NCBI GenBank assembly: GCA_965369655.1
Contig: CBDUQR010000002.1
Location: 1-64,000, forward strand
Origin: an uncultured bacterium
GTDB lineage: Bacteria; Zixibacteria; MSB-5A5; JAABVY01; JAHJOQ01
DNA: 64,000 nt
Reading direction: 5' to 3'
Part shown: positions 1 through 9,987 of the stretch, piece after piece
How the letters are laid out: each line of letters starts with the position of its first letter
How positions within the stretch are numbered: the stretch's first letter is position 1
The notes under the pieces: generated by a model
Database searches by the model: none
Told to the model about the DNA's origin: nothing
What the model saw: the letters and a program-made list of their open reading frames with translations, nothing else
Translations under genes and position numbers: made by a program

Positions 1-92
1 CCCGTGGTATCCTGAGCAAAGCGAAGGGCCTTCGCGGGAGAGACAGAGTCAGCTTCCCACTTGAGTCAATCAACACTTTTGGGACAGCCTCT
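1..92 (-). mobile_element. MITE-like element, truncated by the window start; reverse-complement copy of 11347-11438
   Basis: Reverse complement reads agaggctgtcccaaaagtg...ctcccgcgaaggcccttcgctttgctcaggataccacggg, matching the element starting at 11348; terminal IR cttttgggacagcctc at 76-91. Confidence 0.75.
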
Positions 93-430
93 CCACATCA
101 GCCGATTCCAGCGCAACATGGGGCAGATACTTCGAAGCTCAGGACTTGCGGGGACGTATATCCTGAGCCTCGAAGGGTCTGCCGCCCACGGTATCTGCGC
201 GCATAGTATGCATCCAAGCGCACCATATGCATCAAATGTGAATCCGTTTTCACCGCAATTGAGGGGAATTCGCCAATGCGATTTCCGGGCCGGTTGGAGA
301 GTTTTGACTCGCATCGAACGCCTATATTCGTATATTATCTAACAGTCTGATACTGCAAAGGTTACTTCTGTGACTATTGTACTGCGCAGGTAGATCGTGC
401 CACGAGAATTCTGGCGTTCAGAATTCATCG

Positions 431-1249
431 ATGGCACAGGGTTTGCACGATAAGAGAGACGTGAACGACAAGACTGAAATAACGAACTCGCTCGACCGCA
501 TGAGGCTCAAATACGAGGCCTTGCGCGATGTGGCAGTCAGCGCCGCTGAGGGTGCTGATCTGGAGCAGATATGCACGCAGGCGCTCGAGGCAGCCGTTCG
601 CATTGTCGGTGTGATGGCCGGGGCTGTGACGCTCTACGATTCTAAGGGCAAACCGACTCAGACATACGTCTCGGGAGCAGATGAGTTTGTGTCGTTGATG
701 CAGGAATTGCAGCAGAAACTGATAGCGGTGCTCAGGCTCGATTTCTCGGTTGAGAATATGTTCCTTACGCTGAACCGCAATGGCAAGCAGAGCCTGTTCT
801 CGTATCCGCTCGTGATCGGTGGAAAGAACCTGGGAACCATATCAGGCGTGACTCCGGGAGATCGGAATCTTTCTGCGGAAGAGGATTTCATCGAGGCGAT
901 CTCGTCACAACTTGCGTTGGCGCTGAGCATCGGCAGAGACAGTGAGACGTCAACTCCCAGTCTGAAAAAAGCAAAGGCGGATGCTATAGTCGAGACAGCG
1001 GTCACGATCAATCACGAGATCAACAACCCGCTGACAGCAGTACTCGGAAATACACAACTCCTGCTGGTCGATCGCGACAAGCTTGATGCGAAAACAATCA
1101 GAATGCTCGAAGGGATCGAGACTGCGGCTCTCAGGATCAAGGAAGTCACCAGCAAGCTGATGCGTATGGTCGAACCTCAGATAACCGAGTACACAAACGG
1201 CATCAACATGGTAGACATTGACGGATCATCGACCGAAGAAAACGAATAA
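431..1249 (+). CDS. GAF domain + HisKA-like phosphoacceptor protein, no HATPase domain
   Basis: GAF-like region (YPLVIGGKNLGTIS...FIEAISSQLALAL), H-box TINHEINNPLTAVLG, ends without N/G1/F/G2 boxes; start uncertain (377, 431 or 460). Confidence 0.75.
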   Translation: MAQGLHDKRDVNDKTEITNSLDRMRLKYEALRDVAVSAAEGADLEQICTQALEAAVRIVGVMAGAVTLYDSKGKPTQTYVSGADEFVSLMQELQQKLIAVLRLDFSVENMFLTLNRNGKQSLFSYPLVIGGKNLGTISGVTPGDRNLSAEEDFIEAISSQLALALSIGRDSETSTPSLKKAKADAIVETAVTINHEINNPLTAVLGNTQLLLVDRDKLDAKTIRMLEGIETAALRIKEVTSKLMRMVEPQITEYTNGINMVDIDGSSTEENE

Positions 1250-1304
1250 TCCCCAATGAAAAAGGGCGGGTGAATATCCACCCCTGATTCAGCATAAATC
1301 GAAT

Positions 1305-2021
1305 TTAGAAGAGTCCCGCTACGACATGGAAGCTCTCATGCAATGATTCGACAGCTATCGCGATTTTCTCGTCGGAACCTGAGCCTATCACTTCCTCGAT
1401 GCCATTAATCGATGCGCGAATGCCTTTCACAGCTTCCAGATATTCCTTTTTGACGTCCTGCCTGGATGCGTGCAGCTTAACAGCCATGAGCCGTGCGCAG
1501 CGTTCTTTGAGTTCCGGGATCGCTTTTTCTATCGCGGCGTAGTCTTTCTCCGGAAGATACTCGTGCCAGACCTTCGCGAGGACTGAGTGAAAATCCTCAA
1601 TCTCCTGCGGAGTCATAGAAAGCGAGCCGGACATCCTTGCGAACGCATCATGCATCCTGTCGAATGCCTTCTTGAGCGCAGCGTCATCGTCGCCGTCGGC
1701 GGCAATCTTGAGTTCATCAATCGATGTGAGGAACACCTTGCGCTTCTGATCGAATTCCTCCATAACGTCGGCGTAAGTGGAGTCTGGCTGGAAGGCGGCT
1801 ATGAGCTTCGCCTGCGCGAGCATATTCGGAACATGCTTGCGAACGGTCGCAAAATCTTTTTCAGTGACATACTTGTGGCATGACGGCGCCATCGCCTCAT
1901 GGAAAGTCTGGATGCAGCTTATGTCAACGCCGTGCGTACATTCGGTTTTCTCCTCGGCGACCAGCGCCGATGCGATCAGAAATAATAGCATTGCGGATAA
2001 CAGAATGATCGTTCTGTACAT
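1305..2021 (-). CDS. Secreted helical protein with an internal tandem duplication and conserved His residues (putative metal-binding)
   Basis: Signal peptide; repeats FHEAMAPSCHKYVTEKDFA and FHSVLAKVWHEYLPEKDYA; SD ggag. Confidence 0.65.
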   Translation of the reverse strand: MYRTIILLSAMLLFLIASALVAEEKTECTHGVDISCIQTFHEAMAPSCHKYVTEKDFATVRKHVPNMLAQAKLIAAFQPDSTYADVMEEFDQKRKVFLTSIDELKIAADGDDDAALKKAFDRMHDAFARMSGSLSMTPQEIEDFHSVLAKVWHEYLPEKDYAAIEKAIPELKERCARLMAVKLHASRQDVKKEYLEAVKGIRASINGIEEVIGSGSDEKIAIAVESLHESFHVVAGLF

Positions 2022-2041
2022 GACTTCTCCTTACTATTATG

Positions 2042-3190
2042 TCAGATTACTATGTCTTCGTGTTCTTTTGGGGATTCCTTGAATCTCTCGAAGCTGAGAG
2101 GTCCGAGGTCAAGCGATGGCTTGCCATCGATCAACATTTCTGCTACGAGCTTGCCTGCAGCGGGGCCATGCATGAAGCCATGCCCTGAGAATCCAGCTGC
2201 GACTATAAAGCCTTCGACGCTTGAAATCCTACCGATGATTGCGTTATGATCCGGTGTGACCGAATAGAGTCCAGCCCAGCTCGATGCGATGCCGGCTTCC
2301 TCGAGTATCGGCAAACGTTCAATCGCTTTCATGATGATTTCGTCGGTATAGTCGGGGTCGAGCGACTCATCGAGGCCTGCCTGCGTGCCGGGATCTGCCC
2401 AGCCCAGCAACAGTCCGCCCGATTCGCGATGGAAGTAGAGTCCTGATGATACATCGACAACCATCGGAAAATTGTCCGTGAGCCACGACAGGGGAGAGGT
2501 GGTGCTGATCTGGCGTTTGATCGGTTCGATCGGCAGATCAACGCCCGCCATCCTGCCGATATTGGCTGAATGCGGACCGGCGGCGTTTATCACGATCTGG
2601 CAGTCGATATTGCCCTTGTCCGTGACGACAGATTTGACCTTGCCGCCCTCGATGATGATGTCGGTCGCTTCGGTTTCGAGTTCTATCGACGCGCCGAGTT
2701 TCCTCGCGGCATTTGCGTAACCGTATGTAAAGACATGCGGATCACCGATGCCGTCCTTGCTGCAAAACGTGCCGCCGATTATATCGTCGAGGAGCACATT
2801 GGGCGCGAGGTCTCTTATCTCGTCAGGCGTCAGCCATTCTACGGGAACATCATTTGCCTGTTGCAGTTCGAGATTGCGCCGGAATATGTCTTCTTGCTCG
2901 TCAGTGGATATGAGGAAAAGGTACCCGCACTGGTCGAATATGCCGTCCTCACCCGTCTCATCAGAGAAACGCTCGAGCAGATTTTCAGACATCAGCGACA
3001 TCCGAATATTGATCTCAGAGGAGAATTGGGCGCGGATTCCGCCTGCGCATTTAGCTGTCGCACCGGCTCCGATAAACTGCCCTTTTTCGAGCAGGATGAT
3101 CTCCTTCATGCCCATCTTTGCCAGATGAAACGCGATAGCGGAACCTATGATCCCGCCTCCGATGATGACTACCTCTGCTGCAGATTTCAT
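2042..3190 (-). CDS. FAD-dependent oxidoreductase, DAO/sarcosine oxidase beta-like
   Basis: VIIGGGIIG Rossmann motif, AGGIRAQF, WAGLYSVTPD, GFSGHGFMHGPAAG. Confidence 0.9.
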   Translation of the reverse strand: MKSAAEVVIIGGGIIGSAIAFHLAKMGMKEIILLEKGQFIGAGATAKCAGGIRAQFSSEINIRMSLMSENLLERFSDETGEDGIFDQCGYLFLISTDEQEDIFRRNLELQQANDVPVEWLTPDEIRDLAPNVLLDDIIGGTFCSKDGIGDPHVFTYGYANAARKLGASIELETEATDIIIEGGKVKSVVTDKGNIDCQIVINAAGPHSANIGRMAGVDLPIEPIKRQISTTSPLSWLTDNFPMVVDVSSGLYFHRESGGLLLGWADPGTQAGLDESLDPDYTDEIIMKAIERLPILEEAGIASSWAGLYSVTPDHNAIIGRISSVEGFIVAAGFSGHGFMHGPAAGKLVAEMLIDGKPSLDLGPLSFERFKESPKEHEDIVI

Positions 3191-3221
3191 TCAGCCTTGT
3201 CCTCGCACAAAATTCGCGCCT

Positions 3222-3249
3222 AATCTACGTAAATGGCATTGATTGTCAA
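3222..3249 (-). promoter_or_regulatory. Putative sigma70 promoter for the oxidoreductase
   Basis: Minus strand TTGACA-16 nt-TAGATT. Confidence 0.45.
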
Positions 3250-3376
3250 GGCGTTTCACCGTTCGCGAGGCATCGGGCATTGCATGACCCACGATGCATG
3301 CCAAAGTTATTGTTGATGCCCGGCAGTGAGTTTATTATACCTGATCTGAATCGGCTCAACGCAGAGAGTGAACAAT

Positions 3377-4603
3377 ATGTCTGCCGCCACCAACAGATAC
3401 ATCATCATAGGGATCATCGTCGGGATAATAGTGGGATCCATCCTGGGATGGTACTTCGGCGAAGGGATGATGTGGGCGTCATTCCTCGGAACTCTGTTTC
3501 TGAACGCCCTCAGAATGATCGTTATTCCGCTCATCGTGACGAGCATGATAACCGGCGTGATCTCACTCGGCGATGTCCGCAAGCTCGGAAGGACCGGCAT
3601 CAAGACTATTCTCTACTATGTCGCCACCACCGGCATATCGGTCACAATAGGCATCATACTGGTCAACGTCATTCAGCCGGGCGTCATATCCGGGTCGGAG
3701 ATTGCCGCACAGGAGGCCATGACAAGGCCGGGTGAATACAGCTTCTTAGATGTGATTCTCGGGATGGTCCCACCTAACATAGTCAAAGCGATGTCCGAGA
3801 CAAAGGTGCTGCCACTCATTCTCGTTTCGCTCGTATTCGGTGGGATCGTAACGACTATGGGCGAACGCGGCAAGCCGCTGAAAGAGTTGTTCGAGGCGGG
3901 CAATGAAGTCATAATGAAATTCGTCCATATAATCATGCTGTTCGCGCCGATCGGTGTGTTCGGGCTGATTGCAGGCAAACTTGCCGCCGCAGGTGGAGCT
4001 GACTTCGGGCTTGAACTCCTCAAGCTCGGTAAGTATTTCATCACTGTCATCATTGGATTGAGCATACACGCTGTTATTGTTCTGCCGTTGATTCTCGTAT
4101 GGTTCGGCAGGCGACGGCCGCTCAAGTACGCCGCCAATGTGATGCAGGCTATCATCACCGCCTGGTCGACCGCGTCATCATCGGCGACACTGCCTGTTAC
4201 GATGGAGTGCGCTGAAGAGAAAAATCGCATCAGCCACAAGGCAGCCAGTTTTGTGCTTCCATTGGGAGCCACAATCAACATGGACGGCACCGGGCTGTAC
4301 GAAGCTGTCGCAGCGATATTCATTGCGCAACTTTATGGCATAGATCTCACTATCAGCCAGCAGATCGTGATTTTCTTTACCGCGAATCTTGCAGCAATCG
4401 GCGCTGCGGGAATCCCTGAGGCGGGGCTTGTCACAATGGTCATGGTGCTCGAATCGGTCGGATTGCCGATCGAGGGAATCGGCATGATCCTCGCGATTGA
4501 CTGGTTCCTCGACAGATTCCGCACGGCGGTCAATGTCTGGGGCGACTCAGTCGGCGCAGCAGTCATCGCCGAGACGAAAGAGATCAGGACGGCGCTGTCA
4601 TGA
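3377..4603 (+). CDS. Dicarboxylate/amino acid:cation symporter (DAACS/GltP family)
   Basis: STASSSATLP, LPLGATINMDGT, IDWFLDRFRTAVNVWGD signatures. Confidence 0.93.
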   Translation: MSAATNRYIIIGIIVGIIVGSILGWYFGEGMMWASFLGTLFLNALRMIVIPLIVTSMITGVISLGDVRKLGRTGIKTILYYVATTGISVTIGIILVNVIQPGVISGSEIAAQEAMTRPGEYSFLDVILGMVPPNIVKAMSETKVLPLILVSLVFGGIVTTMGERGKPLKELFEAGNEVIMKFVHIIMLFAPIGVFGLIAGKLAAAGGADFGLELLKLGKYFITVIIGLSIHAVIVLPLILVWFGRRRPLKYAANVMQAIITAWSTASSSATLPVTMECAEEKNRISHKAASFVLPLGATINMDGTGLYEAVAAIFIAQLYGIDLTISQQIVIFFTANLAAIGAAGIPEAGLVTMVMVLESVGLPIEGIGMILAIDWFLDRFRTAVNVWGDSVGAAVIAETKEIRTALS

Positions 4604-4672
4604 TTTTGTGCAGGTTAGTATGTCAGTGTCAATATCAGCTATAAGTACTGACAATCAAGGGGAAAACGAATA

Positions 4673-6616
4673 ATGGCATGGGATGATAATTTACTACCCG
4701 ACCAGAGAACAGCCGCTGCACATGCAGGTAATCACGCGAGATTGCTGGCTGGGCCAGGCACTGGTAAGACACTTACTCTGACACGTCATGTCTTTTTTCT
4801 TATTGCCGAAAAGAATGTCTCTCCTGGGAGTATTCTTGCTGTCACGTTCACGCGAGCAGCTGCACGGGAGCTTCGGCAACGTGTCGAAAATGAGTTAGGA
4901 GAAGACCTAAGTCCTCGTATCTCCACACTTCATTCATTTGCACTCCGACAGCTTCTCAAGAACGCGACACGCATCACGGATTTGCCACAACCACTCAGAA
5001 TTGCGGATGACTGGGAAGAACGTTATGTTATTCTGGAAGACGTGAAAACCATTCTTGGCTTGAAGAGGATCAGTAAAGCGCGCGATCTTCTAACAGAACT
5101 TTCCGCTGATTGGCAGAGCCTCACTGCGGATGAAGTCGACTGGGACAAACGCTTCCCTAACCCTCCTTTCCTTGGCTTGTGGAGAGAACATCGACAGATC
5201 TACGGCTACACATTGAGGTCAGAGCTTGTTTACCAACTGAAGAAGGCTCTCGAGCAGCGCGGAGATTTCGAACTCGAAGCCCCGATTGAATACCTACTCG
5301 TGGATGAATACCAAGATCTGAACCGTTGCGATCTGGCAGTAGTGCATGAAATCGCTTCACGCGACGTCGAGCTATTCATTGCAGGGGATGACGACCAGAG
5401 TATATATGGTTTTCGCAAAGCTCACCCGGATGGCATACGCAGGTTTCATCTTGATTACATTAGAGCTGAATCCCTTTCACTCGAGATATGCAAGCGTTGT
5501 GACCGCGGGATTCTTGACATCGGTTTGTTTGTTGCTCAACAGGACCCCCGACGAATCGAAAAGAATATCAGACCAGAACCCGATAGAGAAGAAGGCGAAG
5601 TCGCGCTCCTCCGTTTCGACAATCAGGATGCAGAAGCCATAGGCATTGCTGGGCTGTGTGTTCACCTTTTGGAGTGTCACGAGTTACAGCCAAACGACAT
5701 CTTGATCTTGCTTCGGTCCGACCGCTATAGTGCGTTTTCCCGCCCGATACGGGAGAAGCTGGACGAAGCAGACATACCGGTTGCGGCGGCTACGGCTACG
5801 ACAGGTCCGTTAAATGGAAGAGTTGGCAGAGCTATCCTGTCTTTTATGCGATTGGCTGCAAGACGCGAGGATAGCTTGGGATGGCGCACGCTTTTCATGG
5901 TCTGGTGCAACGGCATTGGTTCGGGAGCGGTTGGTGCGATATACGATGTTGCCTACAGTCGTGGGATGACCTTTGCTCAGGCTGTACTCGCTGCCCATGA
6001 TGACACCAGCATTTTACCCAGTAACCATCGATATCGCCTTTCAACTGCTATTCAGAGCGTGCTGGATCAACTGGATAATTTGTTTCCCAGTGATGCGCAG
6101 GAAGAGTATGAATCCTGCGATGACCTGATGAATGTGGTAAGTGCAGCAGCAGAAGTCCTGATTGAAGACAGTGATGAACGTGAATCTGTGCTGTTGGAGT
6201 TCGAACGCTCAGCGCACGTGGCTAAAACTACGTCTATCGAGGAACTCGTTCGGGCTACGGAAGTGGCAAGCGAAGCTATTGAGCAGGAACTTGAAGAGGG
6301 TAAAGTCAACATCCTGACAATGCACCGAGCCAAAGGGCTCACAGCCAAAGCCGTCATTGTAGCCGCCTGTGAAGACCAATACATCCCAGGTCGCGCACAA
6401 GGTGACGATGTGGATGACGAACGTCGACTTCTATACGTCTCTCTGACCCGTGCCATGCATCACCTATTTGTAACCTATTGCGACAAGAGAACGGGGCAGC
6501 AGCAACACACTGGCCGCGATAAGGGGAAGGTTAGAAGATCTCTTACTCAATTTCTTCGAGACTGCTCCCACACTCCAAGAGATGGTACGGATTTCATTAG
6601 CCGCCTAGCAAAGTAA
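4673..6616 (+). CDS. UvrD/Rep-family SF1 ATP-dependent helicase
   Basis: AGPGTGKT, VTFTRAAA, STLHSFA, DEYQD, GDDDQSIYGFR, TMHRAKGL, ERRLLYVSLTRA. Confidence 0.9.
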   Translation: MAWDDNLLPDQRTAAAHAGNHARLLAGPGTGKTLTLTRHVFFLIAEKNVSPGSILAVTFTRAAARELRQRVENELGEDLSPRISTLHSFALRQLLKNATRITDLPQPLRIADDWEERYVILEDVKTILGLKRISKARDLLTELSADWQSLTADEVDWDKRFPNPPFLGLWREHRQIYGYTLRSELVYQLKKALEQRGDFELEAPIEYLLVDEYQDLNRCDLAVVHEIASRDVELFIAGDDDQSIYGFRKAHPDGIRRFHLDYIRAESLSLEICKRCDRGILDIGLFVAQQDPRRIEKNIRPEPDREEGEVALLRFDNQDAEAIGIAGLCVHLLECHELQPNDILILLRSDRYSAFSRPIREKLDEADIPVAAATATTGPLNGRVGRAILSFMRLAARREDSLGWRTLFMVWCNGIGSGAVGAIYDVAYSRGMTFAQAVLAAHDDTSILPSNHRYRLSTAIQSVLDQLDNLFPSDAQEEYESCDDLMNVVSAAAEVLIEDSDERESVLLEFERSAHVAKTTSIEELVRATEVASEAIEQELEEGKVNILTMHRAKGLTAKAVIVAACEDQYIPGRAQGDDVDDERRLLYVSLTRAMHHLFVTYCDKRTGQQQHTGRDKGKVRRSLTQFLRDCSHTPRDGTDFISRLAK

Positions 6617-6654
6617 AGTTGCAGACCCAGTGGCCTGCCCGCCTGACGTTGAAT

Positions 6655-7356
6655 TCATAGTGTAGCGCGATCGATCACTCCGACAAGCCATTTGTGAACC
6701 GGTAGGAACTGTTTGAATTGAGTGAAACAGAAATCAAGAATTTCCGGCGTATGCAGTTCGTTCGGAATCTTCGTTTCGATACCCGCGTAGAAACCGCTAT
6801 ACCGAAGGAACTCCGCGTTCGGATGATCCGGATCAAATCCGCGCGGTACTCGTTTGTAATGCTCGCGGCCGATCTCGCAGCCGGGTACCTTTCGGGCTTT
6901 GGCGATGGCTTTCGACAATTCCTTGCCATACCTCTCGTGCACGACTGAATTCCGACATTCTTCCATGATATGCTTCGGGATCATATAGATACCGACGCCG
7001 AGCATGAGATTCGGCGGATCGAGATGGAAATAGAATCCTGAGCATTCCATCCGCTTGCCTTCGCCTTCCCAGAACCAGAGGCCAAGATGAGTCTTGTACG
7101 GAGTCTTGTCCTTGCTGAAACGGGTGTCCCGAAACAGACGGAAAATCGATTTATTGACGCGAGGATCGGCGTGGATTTCGGGAGCAATCTTTCGCAGCCG
7201 CGAACCCATCGCCAGTATGAACTCACGCGATGGTTCCATCACATGCTGATCGAAGTCGGACCTGTGATTCTCAAACCACGCTTTGGTGTTGTTCTTCTTG
7301 ATCTCTCTGAAGAATCTCACACACTCTTTCGGAAAGCCGTTGAAATCACTAACCAT
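6655..7356 (-). CDS. DUF2461 family protein
   Basis: NNTKAWF, SIFRLFRDTRFSKDKTPYK, YKRVPRGFDPDHP. Confidence 0.85.
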   Translation of the reverse strand: MVSDFNGFPKECVRFFREIKKNNTKAWFENHRSDFDQHVMEPSREFILAMGSRLRKIAPEIHADPRVNKSIFRLFRDTRFSKDKTPYKTHLGLWFWEGEGKRMECSGFYFHLDPPNLMLGVGIYMIPKHIMEECRNSVVHERYGKELSKAIAKARKVPGCEIGREHYKRVPRGFDPDHPNAEFLRYSGFYAGIETKIPNELHTPEILDFCFTQFKQFLPVHKWLVGVIDRATL

Positions 7357-7401
7357 ACAAGAATTCCATTCTGTTTTTCAAATCAGTTCTCATAGTAGCA
7401 A

Positions 7402-7642
7402 GTCCGATTCAAGGGGCAGACGGGGACGTCTGCCGCCCACGTACCATCCGTGGCAGCAAAGATCGCTTACTGCTACAGGAAATCAACCATTTTGTTCAGG
7501 CAGCAAAGAAAAAGCACACCTTCTGAAGGGTGTGCTTTCTCGATTCATAGAGCGAAAAAAATGTGGCCGGCAGACCTCCGGGTCTGCCGCATCGCAGCAG
7601 GTCTGATTCAAGGGGCAGACGAGGACGTCTGCCGCCCACGTA
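7402..7642. repeat. Two 42-bp direct REP-like repeats (7402-7443, 7601-7642)
   Basis: gtc(c/t)gattcaaggggcagacg(g/a)ggacgtctgccgcccacgta, 40/42 identical, palindromic core. Confidence 0.85.
7509..7540 (-). terminator. Intrinsic terminator hairpin, probably for the wHTH gene
   Basis: aaagcacaccttc-t-gaagggtgtgcttt flanked by A/T runs. Confidence 0.6.
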
Positions 7643-7680
7643 AAGCCATCCGGTGCGCGTACCGGTGCTCTGACAGATGA

Positions 7681-7890
7681 TCAACTCTTGTTCAGTTTGA
7701 CCTTGAACGTGTTTTTCATCGCATTGAACTCGACCTTGTTCTCGCGGGCGAGCCATCCGAGCGCCATGTAGACAACATCGGACTTCTCTTTGACAGCTAT
7801 ACCAAGCTTTCTTGGACTCATCTCTCCAGTCTTCTCGAGATGGCTCCAGATGTTGCCTGCAGCCGCACCTATTCTGTCCTGCATCATCAA
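7681..7890 (-). CDS. Small winged-helix protein, DUF2582-like
   Basis: IGAAAGNIWSHL...VYMALGWLARENKV; SD aggag; ATG alternatives at 7887/7884. Confidence 0.85.
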   Translation of the reverse strand: MMMQDRIGAAAGNIWSHLEKTGEMSPRKLGIAVKEKSDVVYMALGWLARENKVEFNAMKNTFKVKLNKS

Positions 7891-8266
7891 CTCCTTACTG
7901 TTATTGCCAATCCAAAACGGATTCTGTTGTCGGACTCAATTTGATTCCATTGGCATCCACCACCTATCGACAATCTGTCAGAATATAATCTACTATACTT
8001 AATAATTTCGGCCTCCGCAATCAGTTTTCTTAGTCATTTTTCTGCTCACGCGCTGTCATAGCAGACCGCCGGTTTGAAACAGGCGGCACAGATAAACATA
8101 TCAGACGGTCAAGGTCAAGTAAAAACCGATCCAAGAGCACCCATTATATCCATGTTCGGATTCTGATCAATCTTTGCATTCTGCGCCTAAATCCGGTCTC
8201 GATTGATTCAAAATGCGAGAATCAGCCCGATAATCAGTAGTGAACGCGTTCCACGGGAGATTTCGA

Positions 8267-9640
8267 ATGAGCAAAGCTCGAGTACTTGTCGTCGACGATG
8301 AAGAGAGCATGCGGAATTTCATGGAGATTATGCTTTCCAAGGAAGGCTATGATGTTTCGTGCGCTCCGTGCGGTCAGGAAGCCGTGGAGAGTATCAGCCG
8401 CACCAGACCGGATGTCGTATTCACTGACCTGATGATGCCTGAGATGTCGGGTCTGGAGTTGCTCTCGGCGGTGAAAGATATCGATGACAGAATCGAAGTC
8501 ATAGTGATGACTGCTTTTGCCTCTGTCGACACTGCTCTCGAAGCGATGAAGAAGGGCGCGTATGATTATGTTACCAAGCCATTTAAGATTGATGAGATAA
8601 AGCTGACCCTAAAGAAGCTCGTAAAGCTGACATCGATGACTGAGGAGAACAAGCATCTTCGAAAGAGGCTCAGTTCGGAGTTTTCTTTCGACAATTTCAT
8701 AGGCAACAACCCGAAGATCCTCAAGATGAAGGAGATGGCTCAGACGGTCGCGATGTCGGACAGTACTGTTCTGATTCGCGGCGAAAGCGGCACAGGAAAG
8801 GATCTGATCGCTAAGGCGATTCACTACCATTCAGATCGTGCGGGAAAGCCGTTTCTCACTCTGAACTGCGCAGCATTGCCGGAGACACTTCTCGAAAGCG
8901 AGTTGTTCGGGTATGTCAAGGGGGCGTTCACCGGCGCTCTGAAGGACAAGGACGGGCTGTTCAAGGTTGCCGATACGGGGACTTTCTTCCTCGATGAAAT
9001 CGGCAACACATCGCCGAGCATTCAAGTCAAGCTCCTGCGCGCGCTCGAAGAAAAGACGATTATTCCGGTTGGTGCTACCAAGCCGATCGAAGTTGACATT
9101 CGCCTGATCGCCGCGACCAATGCCAACATCGAAGCCGAGGTTGAGGCGGCCAGGTTCAGAGCGGATTTGTTCTACCGCTTGAATGTGCTGCCGATATTCA
9201 TCCCTGCGCTCCGCGAGAGAAAAGAGGACATCGAGCTACTGTTTAAGCATTTCATATCTACTCATTCTCAGAAAATGAAATGTGAGCCGAAACAGGTCGA
9301 TCCTCAGGTCCTTGTGGCCATGACGAAGTATCACTGGCCCGGCAACGTCCGGGAGTTGGAAAATACAATCGAGCGGGCATTGCTTCTCTCGAAGCATAAA
9401 GTGCTGCAGCTATCCGACTTTCCCAATGAGATCGTAACTTCAGTTAACAGGGTGGAGTCGGATGTCGATGAGCCTGCGGGTACCCCCACGCTCGAATCGA
9501 TCGAGAGGGCGTACATTTTCTGGACTCTCAACCAGACGAATTGGCAGAAGACCAAAGCCGCAAGAATGCTCGGAATCGATCCGTCGACCCTCTACCGCAA
9601 AATCGAGAAGTACGGGCTCAATCGACTTGGCGAAAGCTGA
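8267..9640 (+). CDS. Sigma54-dependent response regulator (REC-AAA+-Fis HTH), NtrC/PilR-like
   Basis: VVDDE...TDLMMP receiver, GESGTGKD, ELFGYVKGAFTGA, WPGNVRELEN, HTH; directly upstream of pilins. Confidence 0.93.
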   Translation: MSKARVLVVDDEESMRNFMEIMLSKEGYDVSCAPCGQEAVESISRTRPDVVFTDLMMPEMSGLELLSAVKDIDDRIEVIVMTAFASVDTALEAMKKGAYDYVTKPFKIDEIKLTLKKLVKLTSMTEENKHLRKRLSSEFSFDNFIGNNPKILKMKEMAQTVAMSDSTVLIRGESGTGKDLIAKAIHYHSDRAGKPFLTLNCAALPETLLESELFGYVKGAFTGALKDKDGLFKVADTGTFFLDEIGNTSPSIQVKLLRALEEKTIIPVGATKPIEVDIRLIAATNANIEAEVEAARFRADLFYRLNVLPIFIPALRERKEDIELLFKHFISTHSQKMKCEPKQVDPQVLVAMTKYHWPGNVRELENTIERALLLSKHKVLQLSDFPNEIVTSVNRVESDVDEPAGTPTLESIERAYIFWTLNQTNWQKTKAARMLGIDPSTLYRKIEKYGLNRLGES

Positions 9641-9882
9641 GCAGGTCAGGGGCTTAACATTGTGAGCGAGAGATATGACTGACCAACGCTCTGTCTATTC
9701 GAGTCGAGATCATATCGTGCAAAATGCAACGGCGTGCTCGCATATCGACATGGATTCGGGAAGCTACAGGACGTGGGGAGACCACGATTTTCCGCAAGTC
9801 AATCTTTACACAGCGCTATAACTGGATGAACCGCCTGTAGATATGTCTGCAACGATCCGCGAATATGCGATTCGGCACGCAG

Positions 9883-9898
9883 CGGCCCGGTCTTTGCA
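9883..9898 (+). promoter_or_regulatory. Sigma54 -24/-12 promoter of pilin 1
   Basis: cGGcccggtcttTGCa, GG-N10-GC. Confidence 0.7.
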
Positions 9899-9987
9899 AT
9901 GTTGTCGTGGCAGATGAGAAAGATATTGCAAAGAGATTCAATGAAGAGAGCAACAAACAGCTAAACAAAAACCTGTAGGAGGTTCAG

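Noticed and set aside
2570-3223. 217-aa plus-strand ORF
   Set aside because: Antisense to the FAD oxidoreductase
4604-6660. Integron cassette carrying the helicase
   Set aside because: No attC-like RYYYAAC...GTTRRRY hairpin after the stop codon and no integrase
7402-7642. CRISPR array
   Set aside because: Only two copies about 157 bp apart, related copies are dispersed, and no cas genes are present; fits REP
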